From positions 992,001 through 1,056,000 of the forward strand of contig LSRY02000009.1 of the NCBI GenBank assembly GCA_001643675.2: a stretch of DNA of 64,000 nucleotides, written 5' to 3'. Shown piece after piece: positions 25,501-39,857 of the stretch. The stretch is from Monocercomonoides exilis PA203 (taxonomy: Eukaryota; Protista; Preaxostyla). A program made the position numbers and the translations under genes. A model generated the notes under the pieces. That model was not told the DNA's origin. It ran no database searches and was given only the letters and a program-made list of their open reading frames with translations. Position 1 is the stretch's first letter; each line of letters starts with the position of its first letter.

Positions 25501-28500
25501 AGTTGAGGAAGTGCTTCATCACAAATAAGAATGAGCAGCTAAGTGAAGGGAGCATATCTTGAAGAAGGCTGAATAATTTCTTTGCACTGGAGAAAAGAGG
25601 AAATAAAAATACGAGTAATCGATTGAGTCAATGAATGATAAAAGGAAGAAAAAGAAAAGAAGAGACGGAGGAGGAGGATGGGTATATGGCTTGGCATCTG
25701 AGGGATTGGCATAAAAATTGGCATCATGGGCGAAACGTGAACAATTTTGAGAGCGATGAAAGTTACACAACAACAGAAGCAGCAAATACAGATGAAACAG
25801 ATGGATCTTTCTCTGTTCCAGTCACAAAACATATTCAGTTGAATTTGGTTCAATTTTCGAGAACGAATAAGACGAAATTAACAATATCTGCTAATTATGA
25901 TCGCTGCTGAAGAAGAAGAAGAAAGAGGGGCAAAGGGTCGACAATGCGGGAAGAGAAGGAGAGGAATGTGCGCTGACAGTGCTTGTGGAGCAAAGGAGGT
26001 TTGATGGGAGTAACGGGGCAGACGCAGAAATGGAGGAGCTTAACGTCATCCAATACTCGCAACATGTACAGAATACTTCGTGTGCTTTTCGCGACAGCTT
26101 TATGTGCGCTCCATCACCGAGGCCTTCGTCTGACCCTCAGTTCGCGATAGATTTATTTCGGAGGAAGCAGTAGAAGGAGTGGGCTCCTGAGATTCCTCAG
26201 GTTAACATCGAATGCTCACTGTTTGTTTCGTGCGTGGTGTAGGATGTGAAAATGAATCTGTTCTATGAGCTGAACGAGAACTCGATTGTTAAAAGCGATA
26301 GACTTGCTGTCGATGAGAAATGTGATACGAATTACTAGCTCATTTTGTGTGGAGGTCCCTTTGAGAAGTTCACTCACAAGCACTGTTTTCCGCACATCCT
26401 GAAAGGACACAATGGAAGAGAGTTTGGAAAGCTTTGTGGGGTTATATTTGAGTCACAATACGCAAACCAGTTACTGAAGAATGCTGTGGAAGCAGCAAAG
26501 AAGAGGGAAAATGGAAGCTTCAAAGGAATCTGCAAGTCTAAGTTGTATTTGTTGCTGTCTGATTTGAGCGGGGCAGAAACGCAGGCGAAGAAGTCTATCA
26601 TATAGTTAAATAGGATTGCGAATGAAAAGAAGACACAGTTTATAACACATGAGAAGAAGTTTGGAGAAGAGGCGAAGTTTCACTCCCCAAGTGTTGAAAT
26701 CTTTAGAAGACTGGCTAAAGAATACTTTTATCTTTGGTGAAACTTGGCTTATTACAAACAAAATTGACTAGATTTTCAAAGAAGAAAGATTTTAGGAAAG
26801 CGATGAGAGCCAAAGGCTGCGGATGTTCTGAGTTCGACGAGAGAAAAAAACAGAATTTCAGACGGATCAATGTTGGTGATGGAGAAGATTGGAATAAATG
26901 TTTGTGTTTATTTTCTTTTTATTTAACAAAGAAATATTATCAATTTATAATAAATTGCTTATTTTAATTTTTATTTCATATTCTTTTAAAAATTTTGAAC
27001 TATTTGCTTTTAATTTTTCTCATTTTCTTGTGAACAGACATTCTTGACAGGGATTTGTTAGTTGATCGCATTGGTCATTTTGTGAGTGTATGCATTGACA
27101 ACCTGCATCGAAATGCCTGTCTGAACTGCCTCTGCATAATAATCATAGAGACGCCAAATCTTTCCACTCTGTTGTGACCTACACAAACAATCTCCATTAA
27201 ACTCTTGCAAGACGCGATGAAGACACAATTCCTCATTTAATAAGGTTTGTTATATTTTTCTGCTTTTGAATATTTTTCTTTCATTCCATTTCTTGTTTTT
27301 CAAATTAATCTTCTATATATTTTTATTTCAATTAATTCAATCAAATAATATTCATACATGTGAATCATCCCTCATTAAATCACTTATTTTCAATTAGTTT
27401 CGATCGCGAAGCATGGGCTGCGGATCTCTTCCAGGATAGCTTCTCAGAGTTTCTGCTGCCATTGGAAACAGAACAGAAAAAAAAGACTGAACAATGTGCC
27501 ATCTCCACCGCACCATTTGCTTCAACAGATATTTCGGTAATGCCGATGACTGCCTCCTTTCCACACACGCTGGCTTTCTCTTTTCAGAGTCCACTTTAGA
27601 TATCTTCTCTGCATCATCAACATCTTCTTCTTCTTCTTCCTTCTCAGATCAGTCATCCACAAACCGCTTTATTGTTATTATGATCGAAAAAGTCAAACTC
27701 CCTTCATCCAAAGCAAGCATCCTTTCATATTTCTCACAAAAGACCTTTCTTTCTCCTCCACCTCCAATTATCATCTGAATATATTTCTTCTCCATCACCC
27801 TCCAGAACTCCTTCTCCTCCACCTCTCAACAGCCACATTTGGTATCGATTCTTTTCTTCTGCTCCCTCCAAATGCTCTCTTGCATATTACTATCTCTTTT
27901 AATGTCATCTCTTTCATGAACTTCATCGCAACAACAACAAAAGCTGTGAAATGCCCACCCCTTACTGGCTTTGCCAGCTCTCCAACATCATCCAACTCAT
28001 CGCAATGTTCTTCTTCTTCTTTGATGTCTTCCTCCTGCTGATGGCACATCAATGAACAGATCGCTTTATTCAGCCCATCATAATCAATCACTATCACATC
28101 TGAAGCCCACTCCCCAATCAACAAAGTTGTCTCTTCCTTCCTTTTCACTCAATTTGAACCACCGCCGCTGAGCTTGTATTCTTCACATTTGTGATTTGCC
28201 CGTTCGTGTGTGTTATCGGCAGAAACAAACATTTATTCAAATGGATCTTCTTTCTCTTCTTGTGGAGATAGAAGCAAAAATGGTTGAATAAATTGGATGA
28301 TAAGCAGTTTTCCTGAGGTTCTTGTCTTGCAGTTGTTTTCTGTAGCGTCAACGATGAACATCCTTTTTTCAAGCATGGGAATATTTCAACAAAAATACAA
28401 CAACCAGAGAAATGAGTATTTTGCTCATTTTTCTTCTATCGCTTTCAACAGAATCAGATGATACTTTGAAGAAAATATTGTTCCCGTGGGAGCTATTCAT

Positions 28501-29371
28501 TAATGAATTGGAGATTTGATTGTGAAAGAGATGAAGAGAGAGAAGGTTACTGCATAAGAAGAAAAAAAGGAGAATGGAAGATGCAAATTCTTTCATTTTG
28601 TGATTCATGGAGAAATCATATCGTGTTATTCATCTTCCTCGTCTTCTTCCTAGAAGGTCAAGACATCTGAATCTTTTGCAGAAGAGATAAAAGACTTATT
28701 TACACGTACGGATGAAATGTTTGATGTAAAATATTTAGTGAAAATCCACATGACTGCCTATTGTCAACGAATTCATCTGAGTGGAAGGGTTTCCAAGAAG
28801 CGGTTTACTCAATTACAGAGAAGAGAAACAAAAGAAGAAGCAGCAGGGAGGGTTTGAGCCTGAGTTAAATAAAGTATTTTGTTTTCTTTTTCTCACCTCT
28901 TCGTCAGTGTTTGGATTATCCATCTCTTCTTCAGCTCTGTTGGCTGCGTCTTCTTCTTCATTTTCTTTTACGTCGTTCATTTCCCAGTCCCCCTCCATTG
29001 TCTCGCCCTCTGATGACGCTGCTTTTAGCGCCAGGTGGGTATTGGAAGTTGCATCATTTTCTTCTCTTCCTCTTCATTCTCTTCTTCTAATCCTTCTTTT
29101 TCTCTCCTCCTTCCCGGCCTCCTTCAGCCTTCAACGCTTTCTGCAAATTTCTTCTTTAGCTAGATAAGGAGCTCTCCAAAAGAGAAGAGGAAGATGAGGA
29201 AAAAATTGAGAGAGAAAGAAAGAGTTTCAAAGATAAGTATTAGCATGTTTCAACTTTTATAATTTCTTATCGCATTATACACACAAAAACTATTCTGTTG
29301 CTTCAACTGCATCTTCCTCTTCACCTTCAGCTTCCTTGTCTTCTTTGTCTTTGTCTTCGCAACATTCCATT

Positions 29372-30161
29372 GCACCTTCTTCAAATGACCCATTCCATTA
29401 TTCACATTCAAACATGGTGCCTTTTCTATTCCACAATACACCTCTTCCACTCCTGATGTTCCATCAACATAAATTGTGTCTGCAAAATATCCATCTATAA
29501 ATATAAACAAATCGACATTCCAATCACCGAATGCTTCTGTTCTGTCATGTCCAACAACCGAGTTGTCTTTCTGAGTGATGTTTCCCATGAAGGCGAACAA
29601 GGGCTCTTTCACAGAAGCGACAAGGGATTCTCACACAAAATACACATCTCTTCCGACACTGGCCTTGTTGGCTGAAAGCACGATGTTGGTGATGGAAAAG
29701 GAGGATTCTGACACTTGTGAATCATCCTTGTACTTGATCATAAGAGCACCGCCTCTTCCTCCAGAACTTGTATCCTCGCTCACAGAGCAGGTGGAGAAGG
29801 CTGTGTCACTCACTGAAAATGTGTTGGCAGAGACGGATGAGGCGAATGAGCTGCACCCGCCTTTTGAGGCAGTTTGTTGGTGTTGTGGAGCTGAGTTGAT
29901 GTTGGTCATGGTGCAGTTGGCGAGGAGATGGAGAGGCCAGGGGAAGTGGCATTTTTGAAGAAATAAAAGAAGAAAGAAGAGGAAGCAAAGGATGAGTGGA
30001 ATGAATTCCTTTGTGTATAAAGGAACGATAGAGCGAGTATGTGGAATTAGAGTGTCAAAGAAGCAATAATGGAAAATTTTGAACGAACAAATGGTACAGA
30101 GAAGAAAGTTTGAACTCCAAATAATCAGGAGAAAAGAGAGAAATAGATGAATTTGAATCAA
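29372..30161 (-). pseudogene. Cys-rich surface-protein family pseudogene fragment
   Basis: Paralog of 7186-7731. TGA at 29631-29633 where the paralog has Cys. Contains a GGRGGAL motif. Confidence 0.7.
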
Positions 30162-32034
30162 CTGTTATTCTTGGCAATATTTTCTTTTCCATAATTCCAT
30201 CCAGTCACTCAATCACGAGACTGGAATGATGATTTTGTGATGTTAAAGCCAAAGAAATTAAAGATGATAAAATGTTGTCATTTTTTGAAAGACAAAAAAA
30301 AATTTTTTTTTCATATTTAAAACTTTTCCAATGTATTTTGCTTTTTTTTCCCAATTATCGGTATTATTTAGTTAGTCTTGAAACTTTTGTTTTTTTCTGA
30401 AGTTTTATTCATTTATTTTTTTGTTAATTTTTACAAAACTTGATCATAAAATTTTTTTTCACTAAAAATCTTAAAAAGGTATGTTTTTTGCAAAAGGAAA
30501 TAAAACAAATTTATATTACAAAAATTAAATCTAAATACTTTCAAAAAAAATTGATTTAACTCTTTGATCAAAAAATGCCACAATTGATTTTATTTTTTCG
30601 ATTTTTGATCTTTTTTTATGATATCAAAAAAAATCACCCATATTTTTAAAGAAATCTCGTTGAAAGACAATAAAATTTTTGAAAAATGTCAAATATGCAT
30701 CCTCCTAAACTCTTTATTTCATCTTTCTGACGAACCTTTGCATTGGTGACTCCTCTTCCTCCTTCTATTCTTGTTCCGATATGCTCCACGTTTCTTATGC
30801 TTTCCATTTCCTTCTAATTTTCTCACTTTTTAAAAATCAACACCTCCGATTTCTCTCATAAATTGCAACTTCACCTTCTGTTGCAGCTGCTCAACTTTGC
30901 TCGTGCACTACCATTGTTCCTTTTTATTTTCAGTATTTTCATTTCTTTTATTCACTTTCTTTGCTGTTGTTCCTCTGAAACGCACAGCTGCTTCGACTTC
31001 CATTATTACCAAAAGGAGAATAAAATCGATTAAAGAAACATTTCCAAACGTGGAATTGTCTCTCACAAATGCACAACTATCCATTTCATTATCCCTTCAT
31101 CATCTCTTCCATTATCTATGAAAATCTTTCATCATCTTCGAACAACTTTTCATCATGGAACAAGATCAAAACAAAGACCAATTATTCTTGGTCAATCCGT
31201 CTCAATGCATTGCTTCTTCATTTCTTCCATCAGCCCTGTCCAACTTCCGTGTCAGCTTACTGCATATCAAATCTTCCCAAAGATCTGGATATCTTCAATC
31301 CAACTTTGTCCAATGACCTTTGAAGACGATGACAAACTGTTCACCACTTCTTCTTTTTCGACAATAATTTTTCTGTTTTATCTGATCTATCCATTAATAA
31401 CGTATCTCATTCCAATGTTTGCCTCTACTTCATCTTATTCATATTCTCTTTCAAATTTCGATTTTTTGTCGGAAATTCTTTTTTGTAACATGAAAAACCT
31501 TCCTTTTAAAAACGGAACTATATCCATCTTTCATCGAATCCGCTTTTCAGTCTGGAATAACAAAGAAGATGGAAAAATACCTATGGAAATCTCTATTTAT
31601 TGAATATTTAAATAAAATTTGAAACAAAATAACCTTTTCAAATTGTTGTTTTCCACTTTGCTGGAATTATTCAATCTGTAATTGTGTGCTAATGAGAATA
31701 TTATTCAATTATTAAAATGGAAAAAAATCACAATTAAAAATAAAACATAAACACAAATACCCCCATTCAAAAAAATAAATAATCTATTTTATACACTTTT
31801 TTGAAATGTCGCATTTCTTTGGACCTTTCTATTCCTATTTGTTGAATTTTTTGTTATTTGTGATCTGAAGGAAAAGATTATGGGTTGAGAAAAAAGAAAA
31901 AATTTCAAGTTTTTGATGGAAGAATTTCGACATTTTCCATCAACAGTTTGTTTTTAATAATTATTAGCATTAATAATATGCTAATAAGAACAATTTTAAA
32001 AACCTTTCCAAACTGGTACAAAATAGACCTATGC

Positions 32035-35000
32035 CATTGGAAGAAGATCCTGCAAGAGAATAGACCAAGGAGTCTGAAAAAGAGAACAAGGCCAGCAGTA
32101 CTTACAACAGATTCGTCAGAGCTGGGATGGGGTGCAGTGTTAACAATACAGAAAGAGAGCAAGGTGGAGAAGATATATGTCCACGGAAGTTGGACCCCCC
32201 AGGAGAGTGCGTTAGCGATAAACGAAAAGGAGTCCAGAGCAGTGTTGAGGAGATTACAGAGAAAGGGAGCATGAATGAAAGAACAGAGGATGTACCATAT
32301 TCGTCTGAGGACAGACAATATGTCCACGAGATGGATAATACAGAAGAAGAGGGGAGCGCCATCGCTCATTCCAACACTGAGAGCATTGGAGAAGAAACTG
32401 AACAGCCTGGACATAATAATACAGACGGAACATCTCCCGGGAGAACAGAATATGGAAGCAGATGCACTCGGCCGGATGGCGAGAAAGCCGAATTATGCAT
32501 TGAAGGGGGAGAAAGTTGAAGAGATATTGCAAATAGTCGCACCGAGAACACTAGATATTATTTCAGAACCGATGGCGTTGGTGCTCTGTGGAACTTTTTA
32601 GAAACGATCCTCTCTGAGAAGGGAGAAAGAGTGATTGAGCTGTAGTTGAACTAGATAGTGCTAATCTGTTATTGAGAAACATCGGATTGACCTTCAAAGA
32701 GATGAGAAGTGATGACTCGAATTTACCCCCATGTTAAATAATTAGTGCAAGACTGGAGATGATAATATATAAGAAGGGAATTTCTTCAAACGTAGAGAGA
32801 TAACGTTGGAGCGAAGGACATATCAGCATCAATATTGACTATTCAAAAGAACGAAAGGGATTCGTAGAGAACGCTGAGAAGATTTAACAAGTCTTGGACA
32901 AGTGAAGTACTGATGATACTGGCCCCATCACAACCAAAGATGCTTAATGGATTAGGGGAGTATTTATTGAAACTCTATCCTGTACAAATGTTTTAAGTGG
33001 AGAGATTAATAAAGATGAAAGAAAAGTGATTGAGTCTATTAACCTTTTCGGAGAAATAAAGACGGAGGAGAAAGATATTAATTCATCTCTTTGAACTTAC
33101 AAGAGAGATAAGCAGAGAAGGTGCAAGCAATTTAAATCAATGTGGGTTTTTGACAACTATTTCAAAAGTGGAAGAAACCACATACAACTCAATAGACCCA
33201 CAAGCACTCCAGAGGAGAGCCCTCATCCTCATTATGATCTTTGGAGCGTTAAGGCCAGCAGAGCTGGAGAGAATGAGAAGTGATACAACGATATTCAAGG
33301 ATAATACAATACTTACGCAAGGACAGATCAAAACGTCTGGAGGTGAGATTATCAAAGTTATTTCAAATAACCACCAAAACCCACGTATCGATGCAGTTGA
33401 AGCGCTCCAACGCTGGATGGATTTTTCAAAGACATCTTTTTGAGACAAGCATATCTGATTTGACATAGAAGGGAGTAGACCTGATAACCTGCAGAGGATC
33501 AAAGAAGAATTAGTGGCGGTCCTGAGAGAAAACTGAATACCAGACACATTTACCGCAAACTCGATAAGACACGCTGTGATAACACATTTTGCAAGACAAC
33601 AAGATGCAGATTGGAAAGCAATCAATATGTACGCGAGATGGGCGCCAGGTTCTAGAGTAACCCAGGAATACTATACCGCGTTACCGGTGCCAGACACAAA
33701 TTGGATCCTGGAGACAATCGGTGGATCAGTACCCCAGAGGGGAGAAGATTACAAGCCAGATAAGAGTGGAGATTCGAAGGAGGGTAAGCCCGAGATAGCA
33801 GAGGCAAATACGAAAGATCGCACTGAGAAATTACCAAAATCTGGTATTGAAGAAGGGAAGAAACCTACGAGAAAACGATCAAAAAGAAGAGAGTCTTCTG
33901 AAGGATGGAGGAAAGAAAAGTGAGACGGTTCAACCTCGATGTTCTACACCCCGACAACCGAGTCGTCAGAAGACACCCCCCATAATCCCCAGCAGCATCT
34001 GTGAGCTGACTGGAGAGAAGGATACAACTCCACTGAAGAAGAGAGGCAAAGATCGGAAGAAGCATAGTGGAAGAATCATCGTACAGATAGGGAATGACAT
34101 TGAAGAGGTAAGGGCCAAACCGATGTCGCCTCAAAGACATCCCAAGAGAGGGAGGGAGAAGAGACAAGGGCCGCACCGTCACCCGCACGCTCTCAATTCA
34201 TCCTCCGCACGATGACGTGCTAGACAGAAGGGTTTAAGATCATTACTAATAAATAAATAAATAAATAAATAAATACAAAATTTAATAAGAATAAAAATAC
34301 AATAAAAGGGCTTTCAAGACTCATTGTTGAGGAGCAAACCTGCTCCTTGCGTTTGTTGATTCACTCCATTGCGAATTTATAAAAACGCAGTGAGACAGGT
34401 TTGCTCCGAGATAATAGCAAGACGGATGGAGAGACGACAGGAGGAGTGGTGCGAGGGGGAGTCAGAAGTGTGTGGGGAGATGACGAGAAAAAAGGGGCGA
34501 GATAGAGAAAGAGAGAAAAGAAGATCAGACGCCCGAAGTGGTTTCTGTACGTCGAGAATCTGGAAAGACACAAATGGAATGAAGAAACAGTTTAAATCAT
34601 AAGCCAACTCCTTTAATTGTTATCGAACAAGTCGCAAAAAGAAGTGTCAGATTATCCCACGCAGCGTGTGATGAGTGGATTTTCTCTGCTGGATCAGCAG
34701 AAGAGCGGGAGGCAGAGCGCTGCACAAGCAGTTTTTTTTTTCACGCCTCGCATGAGCGAGAGCGGTTTTTCTTTCTGCTCCGTTTTTAGCTTTCGCCTCA
34801 CCGGCTTCCTGCACAGCCTGCAGGGGAGAGCTCCGAGGGGCAAGTCCCCTGCCCTCTGGTCTTCGTGACCAAGGCAAAAGGCGAAGTCGGTGGTGAAGTG
34901 AAGCGGACAATGCATTATTTTATTATTCAATTTTTATATTATTGTTTTGAATTTGATCTCACCCTTTTTCCACGTCATTTGGGGAGGGCGAAGTTTTTCA

Positions 35001-35074
35001 CTCAAACCACCCATAATTTAAAGATCAAACTCATTATTTCGGAGCAAATCCTGTCTCACTGCGTTCTATCAAAA
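32035..35074 (+). mobile_element. DIRS-like retrotransposon family A, 5'-truncated copy (RNase H part, tyrosine recombinase, ICR, right end)
   Basis: Inverted copy of 41493-44530 (position x maps to 76565-x). RNase H motifs LTTDSSELGWG and NMEADALGR. YR motifs FGALRPAEL, ANSIRHA and QEYY. ICR at 34319-34415. Confidence 0.9.
33150..33923 (+). pseudogene. tyrosine recombinase of DIRS-A partial copy
   Basis: One frame with three in-frame TGA; retains catalytic R, SIRH and Y motifs. Confidence 0.85.
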
Positions 35075-37705
35075 GTTTAAAGCATTTGCATGCAGATTTC
35101 TAATTTGAAGATGCTTTTTTTTTTTTAAAGGAATTGCATACATGTTATCCCAATCAGTGAATTTCCTCTCCATGATCAATAAGTTTTCGGAGCAGATTCA
35201 ATTAGGAAAGATTCAGACTGTGAAATGTCCATCAATTACTTATAGAACACTTCCATAAAAAAAGCATGACAAAAGGAGAAGATGGTGGAAGCCATTGAGT
35301 TAGCTCAAATAAAGCTTTTATATTAGAAACAGAAGAGTTGTAATATGAATTGAAAATGCAAGTAAACGATTCATTTTTAACCGAAAAGGTTTCCTTCATT
35401 TTCAATTTTCATCACAATCATCACCATAGCCATTTTCATCTTTTCCATCAATTTCCCTACTTCATTATCTTCTTCATTCTTCCTCTTTTTCCTCTTTATC
35501 AACACAGAAATTGTCTTCATAATTATTTCCTTTTTATGTTTTCACAATAAATAAAACAACCAATTCACTTCGTTTATTTCACATTCTAGATAGAATTTTT
35601 CAAAAGTGCGAAGCTGATTCAGTTGCTTTCTTCTTTTCTCCCTCAGATGGCTTTGCTCAAAGTTCGCGCCGAATGAATGAGCCTTTCATTTCCCCTTGGC
35701 ACAAGGAAACAAGGAGATTTAATGTTGGAATTCTTCAACCAAGTTCAGTTGCATTCATTGCTGGAGGGATGAAATGAAAACGGAATGAAATGATTGTGTC
35801 ATTTTGAAAACATATTTTCTGGAAAGAGAAAGAGGCAGACAAATGTCGAAGAAGCCTTTTGAAAGCAAAGGAACTTGCAGATGATGAAATGTCTGTGTGA
35901 AAAGCCATTGTTTTTCCGATATATTGCAATCTCCAAGATTGAATTTGAGTGAAAGGAAAGAGGAGACAGATGACGAAAAATGAAGAAGAAATGCTGGGGA
36001 AAGGAAACAAACACAATTTCCAGATTGAATTGAAGTGAATTTTAACGATCATGATGATGGTGATATTGCTTCATCATTGTTGCATTTTTGAGAATTGGAG
36101 AAGAACTTTCACATCGAAAACAATTATGAAAACAAATAACTTTTTTGGAAAAGGGAAATGAAAATATATTCACTGGAAACATTGTCAATAAAAGTGACGG
36201 ATTCGAAAGAAAGGCACTTTCCAAACAAACAAGGATTTGTTGCTCGACAACTGAAGTGAAAGATCAAGAAAGCTATTTGAAGATCAGAATGTTAATGCGA
36301 ATCTGAATGAAGTTGAAGCTGAAGCCGAAGATGCTGAAGAAGGAAAAGAAGACAAAGAAAATGATGAAGATGAAGAAACCGAAGAAGCTGATTTTTTGGA
36401 AGAACAAGATTTTGAAGTGGTTGGTGAACAACGCGAAGGCGAAGATGATTACGAAGAAGGCAAAGAAGATACAATTAATTCGAGCAATACAAATAGCTGG
36501 CAAAAAAAACTCATCAACTTTTTCTTTCTTTCTTTTATCGCTCTTCAAACATATTTCCCTTCATCATCATCAACGCTCAAGACGTCTGCGTGCTTGCATC
36601 ATATCTTGGCTAGCAATTCGCTTCGAATGATCGGGTTCAAATTCAACATGTTTGCTGGCTCCAATGATGCTCCCAACACATTTTGCGATTTTGAAGGAAA
36701 TGATGCTGCCAAAACACAATCTGATGGGGTTTGATTGATCCGCGAAAGAGATGCTTGAAATTCGCTTCATGAACCTCAAAGGCAAAGAAGACGAAGAAGA
36801 CGAAGAAGACATCAATGACGAAGAAGACGAAGAAGAAATTCGAGAAATTCCGATTTCTCATTCGTTCCAGATAGCTTTGTTAATTAAAATGTCAATCTCA
36901 ATAATCATTTCTTGGAAGATTCTTTGAACGTTTGGCCTCATGAAATTGCTGTTGAAGCCAATCACTTCAAGCCAATGACAGAAACAACCATCGTCAAAAT
37001 CCATTTCTGCTCGCTTGAAGAGCAAAGGGAAAGAAGTCAGATGAACGACAAATCTCGTATTTGGGCTTCTCTTCTTTTGATGGATTCCCTTTTGAATCTG
37101 CAACAACACATTCTGCCTGAAAAATCAGACCCATCGGAAATGAATGCTTCCAGATGGAGCAGTGCTTTGGAAGAATTTGATGTGCGATGCGAGACAAGTT
37201 CTGCAACTGGGACGATTTTTTCTCGAATTCGAATGCACATTTTCACATTTGGCAGAAATTCTGCTTTTTGTGCCTTCGAGCGAGGTTTGCTCATCATGCT
37301 TGGAATATCGCTTATTTTTCTGTTTCAACTTGGCATTTTCACAAAAGCTTCTGTTTGTGTGGAATTGTTGAAAATCAATTTTTTTCTGATTTGACACATA
37401 ATTTTTCTTTCTCTTTTGATGATCTTTTGTTCATAATAAATAAATGAGCCATTTTCATTTTTGGGTTTTCCACATACATATGTTTGTCGATCAAAAGAAG
37501 TTTTTGAAATTTTGATTTTGGAGCAAGTTATGCATGAGATCAAATAAAATCGTTCTCGAAATCTTCAGCCCCAGCTGCTTGGGAAGTGTGCTTTGTTTCA
37601 ATTTATTCCGTGAATTTTATGTGTGTTTTTCTGACATTATTTTATTTTTAATGTAATTCTTTATTCTTCTTTTTCATCGAATTTTCAAAGATTCAATTTT
37701 CATTG

Positions 37706-38593
37706 ATGTATCTATTGTTGCTTTTCCCGTTTTTCCTTTCTGCAGCTGCATCATCAAGTGAAGAACCTTTTCTTCATAATTTTGTGCCTATGCAAGATGA
37801 CGACTCGTATGAAGTTCCAAAAATCATCTGGCTTTATTGGGAAGGAGAAATGAATCCGGAAGTGCGCTTTCTTTTGCACAACTTGAAGGAAAAAGTCAAG
37901 AATTTCACTCCTATATTTATCACAGATTCGACGCTAAGTTTGTATTTGGATCGAAAAACACTTACATCCGAATTGAAGAAACTTCCTTTGGCGAATCAAG
38001 CTGATTTTATTCGCTTTTCGTTGCTTTACAAGTATGGAGGTGTGTGGATGGATGCAACGACATATATTTGCAATGAAACTATTTTAGAAGACTTTCATCG
38101 AAATTTGACAAAGGCTAAAGCAGATGTGCTTGCCTTCAATAGCTATTGGCCTCCCGCGTATCATATCGAACTTGGGTTTTTGATGGCACCTAAGGGAAGC
38201 CCGCTTCTTGGAAAAGTCTTGGAAGAATTCAAGATTATGTTGCCTATGGGACGTTTATCATACATGAAAGATCGAATTTATGGTGGAGTGGAAATTAAAA
38301 GTCCCGTTATCCACCAATTTGGTTCGGATCCGGAGCATGATTACTGGGGGACTTATTTCATTGCTTATGTTTGCATGCAAACAGTTGTCCAGCGCGATTA
38401 CAAAGGAAAGCCAAATGCCATTCTTATGGATTCGGAAGATTATTTTTACAAACTGAATATTGGTTGCAAGTGGGAATCTGCATGCATTGCGGATAGGTGG
38501 GAAAACGATCCAGAAGTGCGGCAGTATCCAATCACAAAGTTTTATTCTGGAACAAGAGGGATTGTGAAATTCCCGGAAGTTGATGTTATTTAG
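37706..38593 (+). CDS. secreted/membrane glycosyltransferase, GT32/capsular-polysaccharide-synthesis (DxD-type) family
   Basis: Intact intronless ORF with hydrophobic N-terminal signal. Motifs VPKIIWLYW and ADFIRFSLLYKYGGVWMDAT. Confidence 0.85.
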   Translation: MYLLLLFPFFLSAAASSSEEPFLHNFVPMQDDDSYEVPKIIWLYWEGEMNPEVRFLLHNLKEKVKNFTPIFITDSTLSLYLDRKTLTSELKKLPLANQADFIRFSLLYKYGGVWMDATTYICNETILEDFHRNLTKAKADVLAFNSYWPPAYHIELGFLMAPKGSPLLGKVLEEFKIMLPMGRLSYMKDRIYGGVEIKSPVIHQFGSDPEHDYWGTYFIAYVCMQTVVQRDYKGKPNAILMDSEDYFYKLNIGCKWESACIADRWENDPEVRQYPITKFYSGTRGIVKFPEVDVI

Positions 38594-39824
38594 ATTAATT
38601 GTTATGCTATGTTTTGTTATTTTTCAAAATAACAGTCAGTTATGCTTGTATTTATCTTTTTTTTAAATTCAATAAGTGATTGCCGTATTTATATTCCTTC
38701 CTTTTTTCACTGTTTGTGAGAGATTAATTAATCAATCAAACACACATCTTTTTTTGAAAACTTTTTATTTTATTTTGTTTTGTTTTCCTTTCATGATTCT
38801 TTTTGTATAAACATTTCGTCCAATAATCAGATAAATAGCAAATTTTTGAAAAATGAAATAAAATGTTTGCATTTATGTGATTCTTTTAATATTGCAATTG
38901 CAATTTCTCTTTGACAATTTTCCTCAGTATCATTTTTTGTGTTGTGTTTTTTTAAATGGAAAATTCTTTTTTTTATGCTCACAAACAACAACAAAAATCA
39001 ATCAGCTCATAAGTTTTTCAATAATTAATTTCAATTATTTTTTCAGTTAATTGTTCTCAGTCTTTGCTTCAATTATAATTTTTGTGAATCATGTTTGACG
39101 AATTATTGAAAAGCAGTTGAAAGACAATTCTATTTTCATTCACTTTTTTCTTTTCTTTTCTTTTCTTTTGACTCGTGGACAAAGTGAACAGAAGTATCTC
39201 AGCTTTGATTTTTTCTTTTGATCATTGGAAAATCGTATTTTCCACGAATCATCTTCCAGCTTCACCACCACATGCTTGAATTGCTTTGATCGCCACACCA
39301 GCTGCGTTATTAATGATGGCAGCACAGACAAATCAAACAGATCAAAGAATGGTAAAAATGCATTTACATCAGTTGCTGTTAAATATTCGCTTGCTCCCCG
39401 TCTTCGTTCCCTTTAACGCTGTTTGTGAAGAAAGAAGCTGAAACAGCTGAACTGAAAGCATAGCCAAAAGTGCGTCAATACAAACTCACGCACAACATCC
39501 CCATACAACACAACCAGCTGTGTAACGCCATATCCCTCGAAGCATCTGCAGCGCCCGCTGCAACAGCAGCGGCAGCAGCTACAATCTGCACGTGCTGCAT
39601 ATACACCCCAGCTGCCTCAGACACCACAATCAGCAGCCGCCTCTCGATGTCTTCTATTTCTTCTGCAGATCTGCATGCTGCTCCAGTTGAAAAAGAAGAA
39701 GACGGCAAAGAAGAAGAAGTCTATGACGTTGACAAAAATGGAAACGATTGTGAATGTTCATCTCCAGCTGGTACTTATCTTCGTATCCTGACTGGAGAAG
39801 CAGACCAGTGGGCTGTTTCAGTTA

Positions 39825-39857
<33 letters not shown>

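Noticed and set aside
34361-34930. Short ORFs duplicated at 41635-42204 as conserved genes
   Set aside because: Their identity comes from the inverted DIRS duplication. They occur in all frames and have no motifs.
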